Source of the DNA: an uncultured Bacteroidales bacterium
GTDB lineage: Bacteria; Bacteroidota; Bacteroidia; Bacteroidales; UBA7960
Assembly (NCBI GenBank): GCA_964477035.1
Contig: CAYZCW010000003.1
Location: 95,900-159,899, forward strand
Length of the DNA: 64,000 nt
Direction of reading: 5' to 3'
Shown here piece by piece: positions 62,853-64,000 of the stretch. How positions within the stretch are numbered: the stretch's first letter is position 1; the number at the start of each line of letters is the position of its first letter. A model generated the notes under the pieces. It worked only from the letters and a program-made list of their open reading frames with translations. It did no database searches and was not told where the DNA came from. A program made the translations under genes and the position numbers.

Positions 62853-63401
62853 TTATACGGCCTTTTCCGCAAGGCGCACTTCCTTTTTTATTTTTTCCTG
62901 CAGGAGCACCCTGGCCCTGGACAGGTTGGAACGGGAGGTGGACTCTGACAGGCCCAGGGCCTCACCGATTTCCTTGTGACTCATCCCGTCCAGTGCATAA
63001 AGGTTGAATACCAGCCTGTACTGATCGGGCAACTGCTGGATCAGATTCAACAGGTCATTGATGCCCAGGGTTGACGGACCCAGGTTCTCATCGGCAAAAG
63101 TCCCGTTGTCGGTCATTTCATGCACCGAAAGGTGAAAAACCCGGTCCCGGTATTTCTCGATGGCGGTGTTGATGACAATCCGCTTGATCCATCCCTCCAG
63201 GCTTCCTTTCCCGCTGAATGAGGACAGTTTCTCAAAAACCTTGATGAAACTTTCCTGCAGGATATCCTGGGCCTCGTCGTAACTGGCTGCAAAACGGAGG
63301 CACACCCCGTACATTTTACGGGAATAGTGGGTATAAAGCCGGTACTGGTCGGCTTTGTTCCCCCGGAGGCAACCTTGGATCAGTTTTTCCTGGGCTTCCA
63401 T
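62853..63401 (-). CDS. ECF-type sigma-70 family RNA polymerase sigma factor
   Basis: Region 2 (YTHYSRKMYGVCLRFAASYDEAQDILQESFIKVF) and region 4 HTH (MSHKEIGEALGLSESTSRSNLSRARVLLQ). Start set at the ATG at 63401 rather than 63521. Confidence 0.85.
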   Translation of the reverse strand: MEAQEKLIQGCLRGNKADQYRLYTHYSRKMYGVCLRFAASYDEAQDILQESFIKVFEKLSSFSGKGSLEGWIKRIVINTAIEKYRDRVFHLSVHEMTDNGTFADENLGPSTLGINDLLNLIQQLPDQYRLVFNLYALDGMSHKEIGEALGLSESTSRSNLSRARVLLQEKIKKEVRLAEKAV

Positions 63402-63423
63402 TTGCAGCTCGGATTGGCAAACA

Positions 63424-63431
63424 CAAAGATA
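63424..63431 (-). promoter_or_regulatory. candidate -7 promoter box (TATCTTTG) for the sigma operon
   Basis: Exact TAnnTTTG on the minus strand, 23 nt upstream of the start at 63401. Confidence 0.4.
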
Positions 63432-63600
63432 CGCAATCCTGCAAATTCTGTCCCGCACCACGAAAAGGTCACAATAAGATAAAGAACGGCGGCAGTTGGC
63501 TGTTTCAGCCTGCCGGAGCAAAATTCAGCCCATTCAGGAGGGGGCGGACCTCCTGACCTGAACGGGCTTCATCATGCTGGTTAATGCTGTCTTGCCCCGC

Positions 63601-63624
63601 AAAACCATTCCGGCAGGAATGGTT
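63601..63624 (-). terminator. possible terminator hairpin downstream of the right-edge gene
   Basis: Minus-sense AACCATTCC-TGCC-GGAATGGTT followed by TT (a T run of 4 counting the stem). It lies ~150 nt after the stop at 63776. Confidence 0.3.
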
Positions 63625-63775
63625 GCAATGCCCTGTAAAAAAAAGGAGATGCAAGGAGAAAAAGGATCACGGGCATTGCATGCTGCAGGGAGCCAGGCTT
63701 ACAAAGAGCGTCATTGTTTTACACTTGAAAGACGCGGGAGGAAGGCAAAACGCTGCGTGACTGTAAAACTTTTTT

Positions 63776-64000
63776 TCAGGATTCCCTGATCCTGAGAAAA
63801 TCCAGCATCAGGTCCATGTCAAAATCGCTGATGCCATGCCGGGCCAGGTGCCGGCGGTCCTCGTTGAATGAAAGGGCAAATGCCGCATGGTCCTTCCATG
63901 ATTCCAGGCTGCGCCTGTACATTTCCAGGGCCTTGTCCGGCTCTCCCTGGCACCAAAGGACATGGCCCAGATTCATCAGGTCGTAGCGGTTGCCGGGATC
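63776..64000 (-). CDS. C-terminal end of a protein with a TPR-like helical repeat; gene continues past the right edge
   Basis: The frame stays open to position 64000 (..DPGNRYDLMNLGHVLWCQGEPDKALEMYRRSLE..). The NLG..L...G....A...Y..SL pattern is TPR-like. Confidence 0.5.
   Translation of the reverse strand, partial: DPGNRYDLMNLGHVLWCQGEPDKALEMYRRSLESWKDHAAFALSFNEDRRHLARHGISDFDMDLMLDFLRIRES

Noticed and set aside
63574-63789. 71-aa plus-strand ORF in the spacer upstream of the sigma gene
   Set aside because: It is Lys/Arg-rich with no start context or motif. It overlaps the hairpins that more plausibly terminate the right-edge gene, and its 3' end overlaps that gene's stop.

Overview
GC-rich Bacteroidota-type chromosomal window, judged from SusC/SusD pairs, T9SS C-terminal sorting tails, exact TAnnTTTG -7 boxes and A-rich pre-start regions without Shine-Dalgarno sites. 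The left ~27 kb looks accessory and is devoted to outer-membrane nutrient capture. It holds three SusC-like TonB-dependent receptors, two canonical SusD and two SusD_2-type lipoproteins, a Calx-beta-like lipoprotein and two tandem secreted MORN-repeat paralogs. It also holds two paralogous ~1150-aa kexin-like S8 subtilases (P-domain, PKD, T9SS tail). I recognise no glycoside hydrolase and no PUL sensor there, so I read it as a candidate protein/peptide-utilisation locus. The right ~36 kb is mostly housekeeping: an acyl-CoA carboxyltransferase with a small biotinyl protein, rdgB, ddl, a PASTA protein, rluD, aroQ, a GT2, osmC-like, an OmpR/HK pair, yicC-gmk-nadD, metK, rsgA, dtd, a mazG-like gene and yceD-rpmF-plsX-fabH. 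Four items interrupt it: a TPP-riboswitch-controlled TonB receptor, an Oar-like receptor, a 663-aa T9SS protein, and a 1076-aa single-chain fusion of HcnA/HcnB/ferredoxin/BFD/HcnC-like redox modules. The fusion gene lies divergent from a SagB-type dehydrogenase, followed by an ECF sigma with an anti-sigma-like/beta-barrel gene. RNA and DNA elements are tRNA-Ser(UGA), a clear THI-box riboswitch, and a riboswitch-like four-way-junction leader upstream of metK. There is also a family of (TTGGCNN)n heptamer tracts filling three short intergenic spacers, two of them bracketing the riboswitch-receptor unit in inverted orientation. I saw no CRISPR array, transposase, integrase, phage genes or recognisable defence system. 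Many long ORFs in the track are antisense or off-frame shadows typical of GC-rich DNA and are rejected.
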